This document shows positions 53,000-64,000 of a stretch of 64,000 bases of DNA, piece after piece. Source of the DNA: Eledone cirrhosa. Taxonomy: Eukaryota. A program made the position numbers and the translations under genes. The number at the start of each line of letters is the position of its first letter. The first letter of the stretch is position 1. The notes beneath the pieces are model-generated. The model was not told where the DNA came from and did not search any database. It worked only from the letters and a program-made list of their open reading frames with translations. The stretch spans positions 115,072,001-115,136,000 of the forward strand of contig OZ024744.1 in assembly GCA_964016885.1 (NCBI GenBank). The letters are read 5' to 3'.

Positions 53000-54330
53000 A
53001 GTCTTCCTCTTCTTCTCTTTTCAGCATTTCCATATTTCCCTTTTCCCTCTCAGTGTCTCCCATTTGTGTAGCAGTGGCCCAAGGCTCAATATATACAATA
53101 GAGAAGGGACAACATTGGTGGACTAAGTGCATAATGTTGAATTGACAAAGAAGTGACCATTCACTGTGACCACAGGGCAGATATCGCTCTGCATTGCAAT
53201 GATCCAGCCCCTGAAAACAGACCCAAAGCCGGCTGCTGGGTACAAATTGTCAACCCTATCAAAAGTTGATCAGATCCCCACACCAGGTTTCTCAGCCATC
53301 CTCTCTCTCACGTATCACATAAGACCACCAGTGCCAACATTGTTAACATCTTGCTAACATCTTGTCCAAATTTTTAATTCTATATTTAGCAGAGTTCTGG
53401 GTCTAAATTATCAATATGATCCCTCTTGTTTGAGTCCATTCTCAGCAGTGCCATCACTCCATGGCTCACAGAACTTGGAATTTTCCCATTCTACTGCCTA
53501 TTGCAGTAGACGTCTGCCAGGATGTCACCAAACAAAGCCAGATTGTGACTTTGTTGCCACCCATGCCCATTGAATGGTTTTTGTCTCCTCTTGTTTGAAA
53601 GTACACACCCTAGCTTTGACACAAGCTTCATGCTTGACATTGAAGAATTGGTTGAGGTACAAGAATGTTGGTTATGATGCTTTTCCTAAACACCTCTTCT
53701 AGCTTTCTAACTAGTTCTCCCTCTAGTCTAGTTTTCTCTATCACTACACCTTTACTAGACCTTTTCAAGTCTACTCTAAACTCTGTAGTTGACAACTTTG
53801 AAATATAGACAACCTATACTAGCCTTATCTACTTTCCTACAGAATACAATCTAAATACGATCTGGATGAGGGTTGGAGACATCTGAGCAGATTTGTGAGG
53901 CTTTTACACCCTCCTCCCCTATCTGTTAGTCCCAGCGAGCATCTAAGATTCCTTTCCAGTTGCCCACTAACACTAAAGAATGGGACATTCTGAGAAAGTT
54001 CTCTAGGTGCCTGAAGAAATCAGACTATCCAGTCCGTGTGAGGGCATAGAAAGCCACAAACCTGAAAGCAAACCCATCACTTCTGGTCACATCTGGCACC
54101 ACTAACTTACCTTCTGGGTCCAGGAAGATGGTCAATATTGTGAGATCCAAGTCTTTTCAAAACAACTCTGCAACTCCACCTCCAGATTATGGATGGCTTG
54201 GTGATGCATACACTTTGTAGCCTCTGAAAATAGGTGTGAAATTTGTTGTTCGTAATTCTGGTCTTGCTGACGGCCACCATATCTATACTCAGTGACTCTG
54301 TTTCAAAGGTGATGTGTATTTATACTGCCT
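53000..54330 (-). mobile_element. Highly decayed Tx1/L1-like LINE ORF2 remnant
   Basis: Minus strand gives GKIPSSVSHGVMALLR...DN-RP-TLLNIELKI (RT N-terminal NFRPITLLN-type motif, about 53370-53490) and DMVAVSKTR (APE-like) near 54260-54285; many stops. Confidence 0.55.
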
Positions 54331-54419
54331 GTCCTGAGTAAAACCATGTTTAATGAAGAAATAATTTGTAAGAACCACTTACCTTATTTGTGTCGATAAA
54401 AGATGGTTGATCTGTCCTC

Positions 54420-55420
54420 ATTTTACGTTCGCTTTTCCCTGCTTAAAGGGTGGGACGGGTCCTATTCAGCACAGCATCTCTCCACTTGTCACGGTCCTTC
54501 ATCATCTCCTCTGTGAGCTTCAGCAATCTGAGGTCTGCTCTCACCACCTCCGCCCATGTTTTTCGTGGTCTACCTCTACTACATCTTCCTTCTACTGGCA
54601 TTTCTTGGCACTTCTTCACCCATCGGTCATCCTCCATGCGCATCACATGTCCATATCAATGCAGTCTTCTCTGCTGCACACTACAGCTTATCCCTCTTAT
54701 ACACAGTTTCTCTCTCAACACATCCATGCTGGGTCGTTCACGCACATTTACACTGCATATCCAACAGAGCATGCTTGCTTCATTTCTCTCCAGCTGTCAC
54801 ATATCCTCTGTAGTTGCTGCCCATGTCTCACTACCATGCAGCATCACGCACCTTACACAGGCATCATATAAGCAGCCTTTCGTATGCAGGGAGAAACCCT
54901 TCTTTGTCAGCAGAGGAAGCAGCTCCCTAAACTTCTTCCAACCCGTCCTTATTCTAGATACTATGGCCTCAGAGCACCCTCCTCCCGTGCTAATCTGATC
55001 ACCTAGGTACCGGAAGCTATCAACCGCTTCTATAGAACCCACCTGTATTTGAAAAATGTGTCTATCAATGCGACTTCTACTGTCTAATTTCCCTGTACAT
55101 CTACTGCACATGTAGTTTTCCCTACCTGTTAGTTTGCCTGCTATCCCACTACATCTCTTGTGTACCCAAGATCTGCATTGCATACATTTTATAGAATTTA
55201 TGCCAGTTCCTTTTCTACATATTGAACATGGCCATTTCCCAGATGGAATCAGGGTTTTGTCCTCTTTTCTACTCATCAACACCTTTGTCTTAGCTAGGTT
55301 CACTCTCAGTCCTCTTGATTCCAACTGCTGTTTCCATAGCCAGAATATATTCTGTAGCTCCTCTACTGATTCTGCTATAAGAACCAGATCATAAGCATAG
55401 AGAAGTTCCTATGGACAGCC
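54420..55420 (-). mobile_element. RTE-clade LINE, 3' ~1 kb of ORF2 plus 3' end
   Basis: ELLYAYDLVL (decayed YADD), GLRVNLAKTKV, PHD-like insertion (C..C...WVHKRC), FRYLG, GWKKFRELLPLL, MLHGSETW, RGRPRKTW, DRDKWR. Confidence 0.92.
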
Positions 55421-56459
55421 AGAATATCTGTTGGTTGGTGATTGATCCTTGGAAGTTGCCAATTGCATCAAGGAATTTCATTTTTAAGTCTGTGTATGTG
55501 TTATGCATAATTTCTATTGCTTTTATGTGTGTGTGGGTAGTCCTTTTTGAGGTGGGGTGGGGTATGTAATTGAGTTCTGTAATGTTTGTATTACTCTATT
55601 ATGTATTCCAGCCGAGAGGCATATTCTATCATGGCATCAACCATGTTGTCATGTCTTTGACACAACTGAAGAGTCCTCCCAACCCTTTGGAATGGTTTCT
55701 ACAGTAGGATGCTCTTCCGATCATAAACCACTTTGCATGGTGCACTGGCTGTATTTTTCTTAGCACCAGCTCTAGAGAGGTTGGTGGTGGTTAACTCAAA
55801 TTAGATCCTTGTCTACCCTCTGGGGAGGTGTGTATGAGAAGGATGATAAATATGTTATGGGGTGTATGACATGTGTGGTGGGATTTGACAGGGTAAAGAG
55901 TAGGAGAGGGGATGATTATTAAGGAGCACTGAGCATGGATAGGCTGGGGTGTTCAGTGATGGTTAAGTTAGATACTAAGGAATGATAGTGAAAGGGACAA
56001 TAATGGAGTGGTGTACTGGCATTGTGATAATAGCTGAGGAGTGATAGTTGAAGAGGCATAGTTGTGGTGGCCATGGTTGCTAAGTAGTTATAGAGGGGAT
56101 GGGTCAGATCAGGTCACATCTTTTAAGCATGTCTTCTCCAGTAGATGTCTCCAATTCTCACAACTCCTTGTCTGAGATTCAGTTCCTTAACCATTTAGCA
56201 TTTAAACCAGCCATATCCAGCCAGAATTCTCTCACCTCTTTCTATTCAAACTGGTGGTATCCGGCTGCTCATGCTTATGTTAACGTATTGTTCTCAAAAT
56301 AAATATCAAAATAATTATCAAGATAATTATGTGAAAATACACGGAGGAGATGACGAAGGACCATGACAAGTGGAGAGATGCTGTACTGAATAGAACCAGT
56401 CCCACCCTTGCAAGCAAGGAAAAGCGGACGTAAAACCACCACCACCAATGCTAAAGAGT

Positions 56460-56814
56460 TAAAGTCAGTCTTCACTACCGCATTCCAAGTTTTCCTTAGG
56501 TGTCGTCTACAGGTCCCAACAACTGATATTTCTCTGCACTTTATACACCTATAAACACATCACATGTCCGACACAGTCTTCTCTCTTGTACATTACATCC
56601 AATTCCTCTTATGTCAAATTTTCTCTCAGCTCACTTATGCTAAATTGTTCATGCACATTACACATCCATCAGAACATACTCTCTTCATTTCTTCCTAGCC
56701 ATTACAGGTCTTCTGCAGTTAAGACCCATATTTCACTGCTATGTAGCATTGTAGTTCTCACACAAGTATCATACAGTCTATTATCCTTCACTCTGAGAGA
56801 GGAACCCTTTTGTT
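56460..56814 (-). mobile_element. Decayed RTE fragment, uninterrupted near-identical copy of 16594-16804 + 19340-19475
   Basis: Long exact matches such as aggtcccaacaactgatatttctctgcactttatacacctataaacacatcacatgtcc. Confidence 0.8.
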
Positions 56815-56919
56815 AATATATGACTGAGTGGGTTGATGGTAGGGTGGCTGGGTGTTTTGTAGATTTGACAATTTGTTCCAAAGAAATCCATCAACAACAG
56901 AGAATAAATTAAAATTTAA

Positions 56920-56925
56920 TTTATT
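56920..56925 (-). promoter_or_regulatory. Candidate polyadenylation signal of SYNRG
   Basis: tttatt on + (AATAAA on -) at the end of an AT-rich 3' UTR-like block (56880-57416); an alternative lies near 56987. Confidence 0.4.
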
Positions 56926-57416
56926 AAAACTTCATGACTATTTTTCTTTCAATTTAATTAACAATGTTTCTTTGTTTATATATATTTTTATTGTTGTTTT
57001 AAAATCTACTCTGGAGACGAATTAATGAAGAATCATCCATCTGTTTACAGAATTACCTTTTTCAAAGTAAAGGAATTATATTTAATTGTTCTGTTTTAAA
57101 TATCTATTAAGAGATAAATTAATGACTTTAAAAAAATCAATTAGATACATTTAAATAAAAAAAAAAAGGAAGTGATCATCAGATTGGACCAAGCAAACCA
57201 TGTTTCCATTGTTTTTCTCCATTACTGATATTCTGTGTTGCTCACAACTCCTGCCAGAAGTGTCACTGTTTATATATACGTAAAGAAAGTTAAGGAGCCA
57301 ATCATTGGATGAGACCAAAGAAACAATGTTTCCATTGGTCTTTACTTTGTTGATACTATCTGTCAGTCTCAACTCCTGGCAATAAAAGTTTTCCCCTATA
57401 GATGTTTTCTAACAGT

Positions 57417-57659
57417 TCAGATTAGTTGAGGCAGTTTCAGGGCTGGCAGCATAGAATCTACACAGTTGACCCAGAAATTAGCACAGGTCGTGTGGTACTG
57501 GCGCCCACTGTATGTCAATTTGGCAGCTCGGTCATTATCATTTGATATGCGGTCAAAAACATCAACATTTAGGAGACATACTCCACAGGCCTTCAGCTGA
57601 GAGGCTGTATCATCATTTTTAAGAACTGCCGAAGTATAGTTGAACGAACTCACTTCAGA
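57417..57659 (-). CDS. SYNRG: Synergin gamma, last coding exon
   Basis: Minus-strand acceptor tttctttcAG (ct at 57660-57661). Encodes SEVSSFNY...ACGVCLLNVD...KLTYSGRQYHTTCANFWVNCVDSMLPALKLPQLI*, matching the synergin-gamma C-terminal signature (CGVCLLNVD...YGGHQYHASCANFWINCV...LPDLL). Confidence 0.9.
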   Translation of the reverse strand, partial: SEVSSFNYTSAVLKNDDTASQLKACGVCLLNVDVFDRISNDNDRAAKLTYSGRQYHTTCANFWVNCVDSMLPALKLPQLI

Positions 57660-57756
57660 CTGAAAGAAATGAAAAAGAAATTGAAAATAAATAATTATTA
57701 TTTTATATTAAATGATAAACATTAATTAATTTGATGTTAAATATATTAATTAGTAA

Positions 57757-58045
57757 AGACAGGTGGCTTAGTGGTTAGGGTGTTTGGCTCACAATTGTGA
57801 GGTTGTGATTTTCATTCCCAGCAGTGTGTTGTGTCCCTGACCAAGACAATGTATTTCACGTGACACTACTCAGCTAGCAAAAGGTAAGTTGTACCTGTAA
57901 TTCAAAAAGTAAGTTGTACCTGTAGATATTTGTGGAATACTCAGCCACTTATGTTACAATACAAAATGGATTATACCTGCAATTTAAAGGGCTATCTTTG
58001 TCATACACTGTCATGCTGAATCTCCCTGAGAATTACATTAATGGT
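57757..58045 (+). mobile_element. tRNA-headed SINE in the SYNRG last intron
   Basis: ggTGGCTTAGTGGttagggtg A box, degenerate B box, then gtgtccctgaccaagaca body. Confidence 0.65.
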
Positions 58046-58337
58046 GCCTGTAGAGCCCAAGTTTGTGAACCTCCATGTGGTGGGCCCTGATCAGGCAAAT
58101 GACAACACCGGAGAAGGCAACAATAAACTCATCCATGCAATTTGTACAAGTCATGTAATGCACTCTACAATCAACAACTGCAACCTGATAGAAACGCAGA
58201 ACATGTCCCCTCATGAGGGCAGACATCATGTCTTACTGGAGGGCATCACTGAATGGATGCAGGCCTCACCAAAGCCAAGTTAAACATCCTCTAATATTAC
58301 CTATAGGCACAGTAGTTCATGTCTCTCCAGATGTATA

Positions 58338-61300
58338 CTACACAGTGACAGTGACAGCTATACAGTGACAGTGACAGCTACACAGTGACAGTAACAGCTA
58401 CACAGTGAGAGCGACAGCTACACAGTGACAGTGACAGCTATACAGTGACAGTGACAGCTACACAGTGACAGTGACAGCTACACAGTGACAGTGACAGCTA
58501 CACAGTGACAGTGACAGCTATACAGTGACAGTGACAACTACACAGTGACAGTGACAGCTACACAGTGACAGTGACAGCTACACAGTGACAGTGACAGCTA
58601 CACAGTGACAGTGACAGCTACACAGTGAGAGTGACAGCTACACAGTGACAGTGACAGCTACACAGTGACAGTGACAGCTACACAGTGACAGTGACAGCTA
58701 CACAGTGACAGTGACAGCTACACAGTGAGAGTGACAGCTACACAGTGACAGTGACAGCTACACAGTGACAGTGACAGCTATACAGTGACAGTGACAGGGA
58801 CAGCTACACAGTGACAGTGACAGCTACACAGTGACAGTGACAGCTACACAGTGACAGTGACAGCTACACAGTGACAGTGACAGCTACACAGTGACAGTGA
58901 CAGCTACACAGTGACAGTGACAGCTATACAGTGACAGTGACAGCTACACAGTGACAGTGACAGCTATACAGTGACAGTGACAGCTACACAGTGACAGTGA
59001 CAGCTACACAGTGACAGTGACAGCTACACAGTGACAGTGACAGCTACACAGTGACAGTGACAGCTACACAGTGACAGTGACAGCTACACAGTGACAGTGA
59101 CAGCTATACAGTGACAGTGACAGCTACACAGTGACAGAGACAGCTACACAGTGACAGTGACAGCTACACAGTGACAGCTATACAGTGACAGTGACAGCTA
59201 CACAGTGACAGTGACAGCTAGACAGTGACAGTAACAGCTACACAGTGACAGTGACAGCTACACAGTGACAGTAACAGCTACACAGTGACAGCTATACAGT
59301 GACAGTGACAGCTACACAGTGACAGTGACAGCTACACAGTGACAGTGACAGCTACACAGTGACAGTGACAGCTACACAGTGACAGTGACAGCTACACAGT
59401 GACAGTGACAGCTACACAGTTACAGTGACAGCTACACAGTGACAGTAACAGCTACACAGTGACAGCTATACAGTGACAGTGACAGCTACACAGTGACAGT
59501 GACAGCTACACAGTGACAGTGACAGCTACACAGTGACAGTGACAGCTACACAGTGACAGTGACAGCTACACAGTGACAGTGACAGCTACACAGTGACAGC
59601 TATACAGTGACAGTAACAGCTACACAGTGACAGTGACAGCTACACAGTGACAGTGACAGCTACACAGTGTCAGTAACAGCTACACAGTGACAGTGACAGC
59701 TACACAGTGACAGTGACAGTGACAGTAACAGCTACACGGTGACAGTAACAGCTACACAGTGAGAGCGACAGCTACACAGTGACAGTGACAGCTATACAGT
59801 GACAGTGACAGCTACACAGTGACAGTGACAGCTACACAGTGACAGTGACAGCTACACAGTGACAGTGACAGCTATACAGTGACAGTGACAACTACACAGT
59901 GACAGTGACAGCTACACAGTGACAGTGACAGCTACACAGTGACAGTGACAGCTACACAGTGACAGTGACAGCTACACAGTGAGAGTGACAGCTACACAGT
60001 GACAGTGACAGCTACACAGTGACAGTGACAGCTACACAGTGACAGTGACAGCTACACAGTGACAGTGACAGCTACACAGTGAGAGTGACAGCTACACAGT
60101 GACAGTGACAGCTACACAGTGACAGTGACAGCTATACAGTGACAGTGACAGCTACACAGTGACAGGGACAGCTACACAGTGACAGTGACAGCTACACAGT
60201 GACAGTGACAGCTACACAGTGACAGTGACAGCTACACAGTGACAGTGACAGCTACACAGTGACAGTGACAGCTACACAGTGACAGTGACAGCTATACAGT
60301 GACAGTGACAGCTACACAGTGACAGTGACAGCTATACAGTGACAGTGACAGCTACACAGTGACAGTGACAGCTACACAGTGACAGTGACAGCTACACAGT
60401 GACAGTGACAGCTACACAGTGACAGTGACAGCTACACAGTGACAGTGACAGCTACACAGTGACAGTGACAGCTACACAGTGACAGTGACAGCTACACAGT
60501 GACAGTGACAGCTATACAGTGACAGTGACAGCTACACAGTGACAGAGACAGCTACACAGTGACAGTGACAGCTACACAGTGACAGCTATACAGTGACAGT
60601 GACAGCTACACAGTGACAGTGACAGCTAGACAGTGACAGTAACAGCTACACAGTGACAGTGACAGCTACACAGTGACAGTAACAGCTACACAGTGACAGC
60701 TATACAGTGACAGCTATACAGTGACAGTGACAGCTACACAGTGACAGTGACAGCTACACAGTGACAGTGACAGCTACACAGTGACAGTGACAGCTACACA
60801 GTGACAGTGACAGCTACACAGTGACAGTGACAGCTACACAGTTACAGTGACAGCTACACAGTGACAGTAACAGCTACACAGTGACAGCTATACAGTGACA
60901 GTGACAGCTACACAGTGACAGTGACAGCTACACAGTGACAGTGACAGCTACACAGTGACAGTGACAGCTACACAGTGACAGCTACACAGTGACAGTGACA
61001 GCTACACAGTGACAGTGACAGCTATACAGTGACAGTAACAGCTACACAGTGACAGTGACAGCTATACAGTGACAGTGACAGCTACACAGTGACAGTGACA
61101 GCTACACAGTGTCAGTAACAGCTACACAGTGACAGTGACAGCTACACAGTGACAGTGACAGTGACAGTAACAGCTACACGGTGACAGTAACAGCTACACA
61201 GTGACAGTGACAGCTATACAGTGACAGTGACAGCTACACAGTGACAGTGACAGCTACACAGTGACAGTAACAGCTACACAGTGACAGTAACAGCTACACA

Positions 61301-64000
61301 GTGACAGTGACAGCTACACAGTGACAGTGACAGCTATACAGTGACAGTGACAGCTACACAGTGACAGTGACAGCTACACAGTGACAGTGACAGCTACACA
61401 GTGACAGTGACAGCTATACAGTGACAGCTACACAGTGACAGTGACAGTGACAGCTACACAGTGACAGTAACAGCTACACAGTGACAGCTACACAGTGACA
61501 GTGACAGTGACAGCTACACAGTGACAGTAACAGCTACACAGTGACAGTAACAGCTACACAGTGACAGTAACAGCTACATGGTGACAGTAACAGCTACACA
61601 GTGACAGTAACAGCTACATGGTGACAGTAACAGCTACACAGTGACAGTAACAGCTACACGGTGACAGTAACAGCTACACAGTGACAGTAACAGCTACATG
61701 GTGACAGTAACAGCTACACAGTGACAGTAACAGCTACACGGTGACAGTAACAGCTACACAGTGACAGTGACAGCTACACAGTGACAGTGACAGCTACACA
61801 GTGACAGTAACAGCTACACAGTGACAGTGACAGCTACACAGTGACAGTAACAGCTACACAGTGACAGTAACAGCTACACGGTGACAGTAACAGCTACACA
61901 GTGACAGCTACACAGTGACAGTAACAGCTACACAGTGACAGTGACAGCTACACAGTGACAGTGACAGCTACACAGTGACAGTAACAGCTACACGGTGACA
62001 GTAACAGCTACACAGTGACAGTGACAGCTACACAGTGACAGTAACAGCTACACAGTGACAGTGACAGCTACACAGTGACAGTGACAGCTACACAGTGACA
62101 GTAACAGCTACACAGTGACAGTGACAGTGACAGCTACACGGTGACAGTAACAGCTACACGGTGACAGTAACAGCTACACGGTGACAGTAACAGCTACACA
62201 GTGACAGTGACAGCTACACAGTGACAGTGACAGCTACACAGTGACAGTGACAGTAACAGCTACACGGTGACAGTGACAGCTACACAGTGACAGTGACAGC
62301 TACACAGTGACAGTGACAGCTACACAGTGACAGTAACAGCTACACAGTGACAGTGACAGCTACACAGTGACAGTAACAGCTACACAGTGACAGTGACAGC
62401 TACACGGTGACAGTAACAGCTACACAGTGACAGTGACAGCTACACAGTGACAGTGACAGCTATACAGTGACAGTAACAGCTACACAGTGACAGTGACAGC
62501 TACACAGTGACAGTGACAGCTATACAGTGACAGTGACAGCTACACAGTGACAGTGACAGCTATACAGTGACAGTGACAGCTACACAGTGACAGTGACAGC
62601 TACACAGTGACAGTGACAGCTACACAGTGACAGTGACAGCTACACAGTGACAGTGACAGCTACACAGTGACAGTAACAGCTACACAGTGACAGTAACAGC
62701 TACACAGTGACAGTGACAGCTAGACAGTGACAGTAACAGCTACACAGTGACAGTAACAGCTATACAGTGACAGTGACAGCTACACAGTGACAGTAACAGC
62801 TACACGGTGACAGTAACAGCTACACGGTGACAGTAACAGCTACACGGTGACAGTAACAGCTACACGGTGACAGTGACAGCTACACAGTGACAGTGACAGC
62901 TACACAGTGACAGTAACAGCTACACGGTGACAGTAACAGCTACACGGTGACAGTAACAGCTACACAGTGACAGTGACAGCTACACAGTGACAGTAACAGC
63001 TACACAGTGACAGTGACAGCTACACAGTGACAGTGACAGTGACAGCTACACAGTGACAGTAACAGCTACACAGTGACAGTAACAGCTACACAGTGACAGT
63101 AACAGCTACATGGTGACAGTAACAGCTACACAGTGACAGTAACAGCTACATGGTGACAGTAACAGCTACACAGTGACAGTAACAGCTACACGGTGACAGT
63201 AACAGCTACACAGTGACAGTAACAGCTACATGGTGACAGTAACAGCTACACAGTGACAGTAACAGCTACACGGTGACAGTAACAGCTACACAGTGACAGC
63301 TACACAGTGACAGTGACAGCTACACAGTGACAGTAACAGCTACACAGTGACAGTGACAGCTACACAGTGACAGTAACAGCTACACAGTGACAGTAACAGC
63401 TACACGGTGACAGTAACAGCTACACAGTGACAGTAACAGCTACACAGTGACAGTGACAGCTACACGGTGACAGTAACAGCTACACGGTGACAGTAACAGC
63501 TACACGGTGACAGTAACAGCTACACAGTGACAGTTACACAGTGACAGTGACAGCTACACAGTGACAGTGACAGCTACACAGTGACAGTGACAGCTACACA
63601 GTGACAGTAACAGCTACACAGTGACAGTGACAGCTACACAGTGACAGTAACAGCTATACAGTGACAGTAACAGCTACACAGTGACAGTGACAGCTACACG
63701 GTGACAGTAACAGCTACACGGTGACAGTAACAGCTACACGGTGACAGTAACAGCTACACAGTGACAGTGACAGCTACACAGTGACAGTGACAGCTACACA
63801 GTGACAGTGACAGTAACAGCTACACGGTGACAGTGACAGCTACACAGTGACAGTGACAGCTACACAGTGACAGTGACAGCTACACAGTGACAGTAACAGC
63901 TACACAGTGACAGTGACAGCTACACAGTGACAGTAACAGCTACACAGTGACAGTGACAGCTACACGGTGACAGTAACAGCTACACAGTGACAGTGACAGC
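58338..64000. repeat. 20-bp satellite (>280 units, runs off window) in the SYNRG intron
   Basis: Unit cacagtgacagtgacagcta, built from acagtg hexamers, with 14- and 26-bp slip variants. The diagnostic gagagcgaca at 58407 and 59761 marks a ~1.35-kb duplication. Confidence 0.97.

Noticed and set aside
1-64000. CRISPR-like arrays
   Set aside because: Units are head-to-tail with no unique spacers, there are no cas genes, and the DNA is eukaryotic.
58338-64000. Hundreds of CACAGTG heptamers (RAG RSS / Transib TIR-like)
   Set aside because: No ACAAAAACC nonamer at 12/23 spacing and no transposase; the heptamer follows from the acagtg hexamer structure.

Overview
Eukaryotic, repeat-saturated animal DNA. 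The SINE, RTE-tail and TTAA-MITE motifs look like those of octopus or another coleoid cephalopod (inference from recalled repeat motifs, not a database match). The + strand carries the last 8 coding exons (561-48383) of a coiled-coil gene resembling LEKR1: 1076 coding nt spread over about 48 kb, all GT-AG with consistent phases. The - strand carries the last coding exon of a convergent synergin-gamma (SYNRG) gene (57417-57659). About two thirds of the LEKR1-like span is tandem repeat, and every intron holds its own satellite (48, 89/90, 40, 34, 79, 62, 45, 69/73 and 85 bp units, plus an ACC tract). The SYNRG intron holds a 20-bp array. The ~9 kb between the two stop codons has no satellite, only decayed retroelements (RTE, R4-like, Penelope-like, Tx1/L1-like, SINEs). 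Several monomers trace to transposon fragments seen elsewhere in the window: an RTE ORF2 motif, an RTE-tailed non-autonomous element, a tRNA-SINE head and TTAA-CCC termini. Also present are a nested double inverted repeat just upstream of an exon, a Gypsy remnant splitting a LINE fragment, and kb-scale higher-order repeats. The long repetitive ORFs in the track are satellite artefacts.
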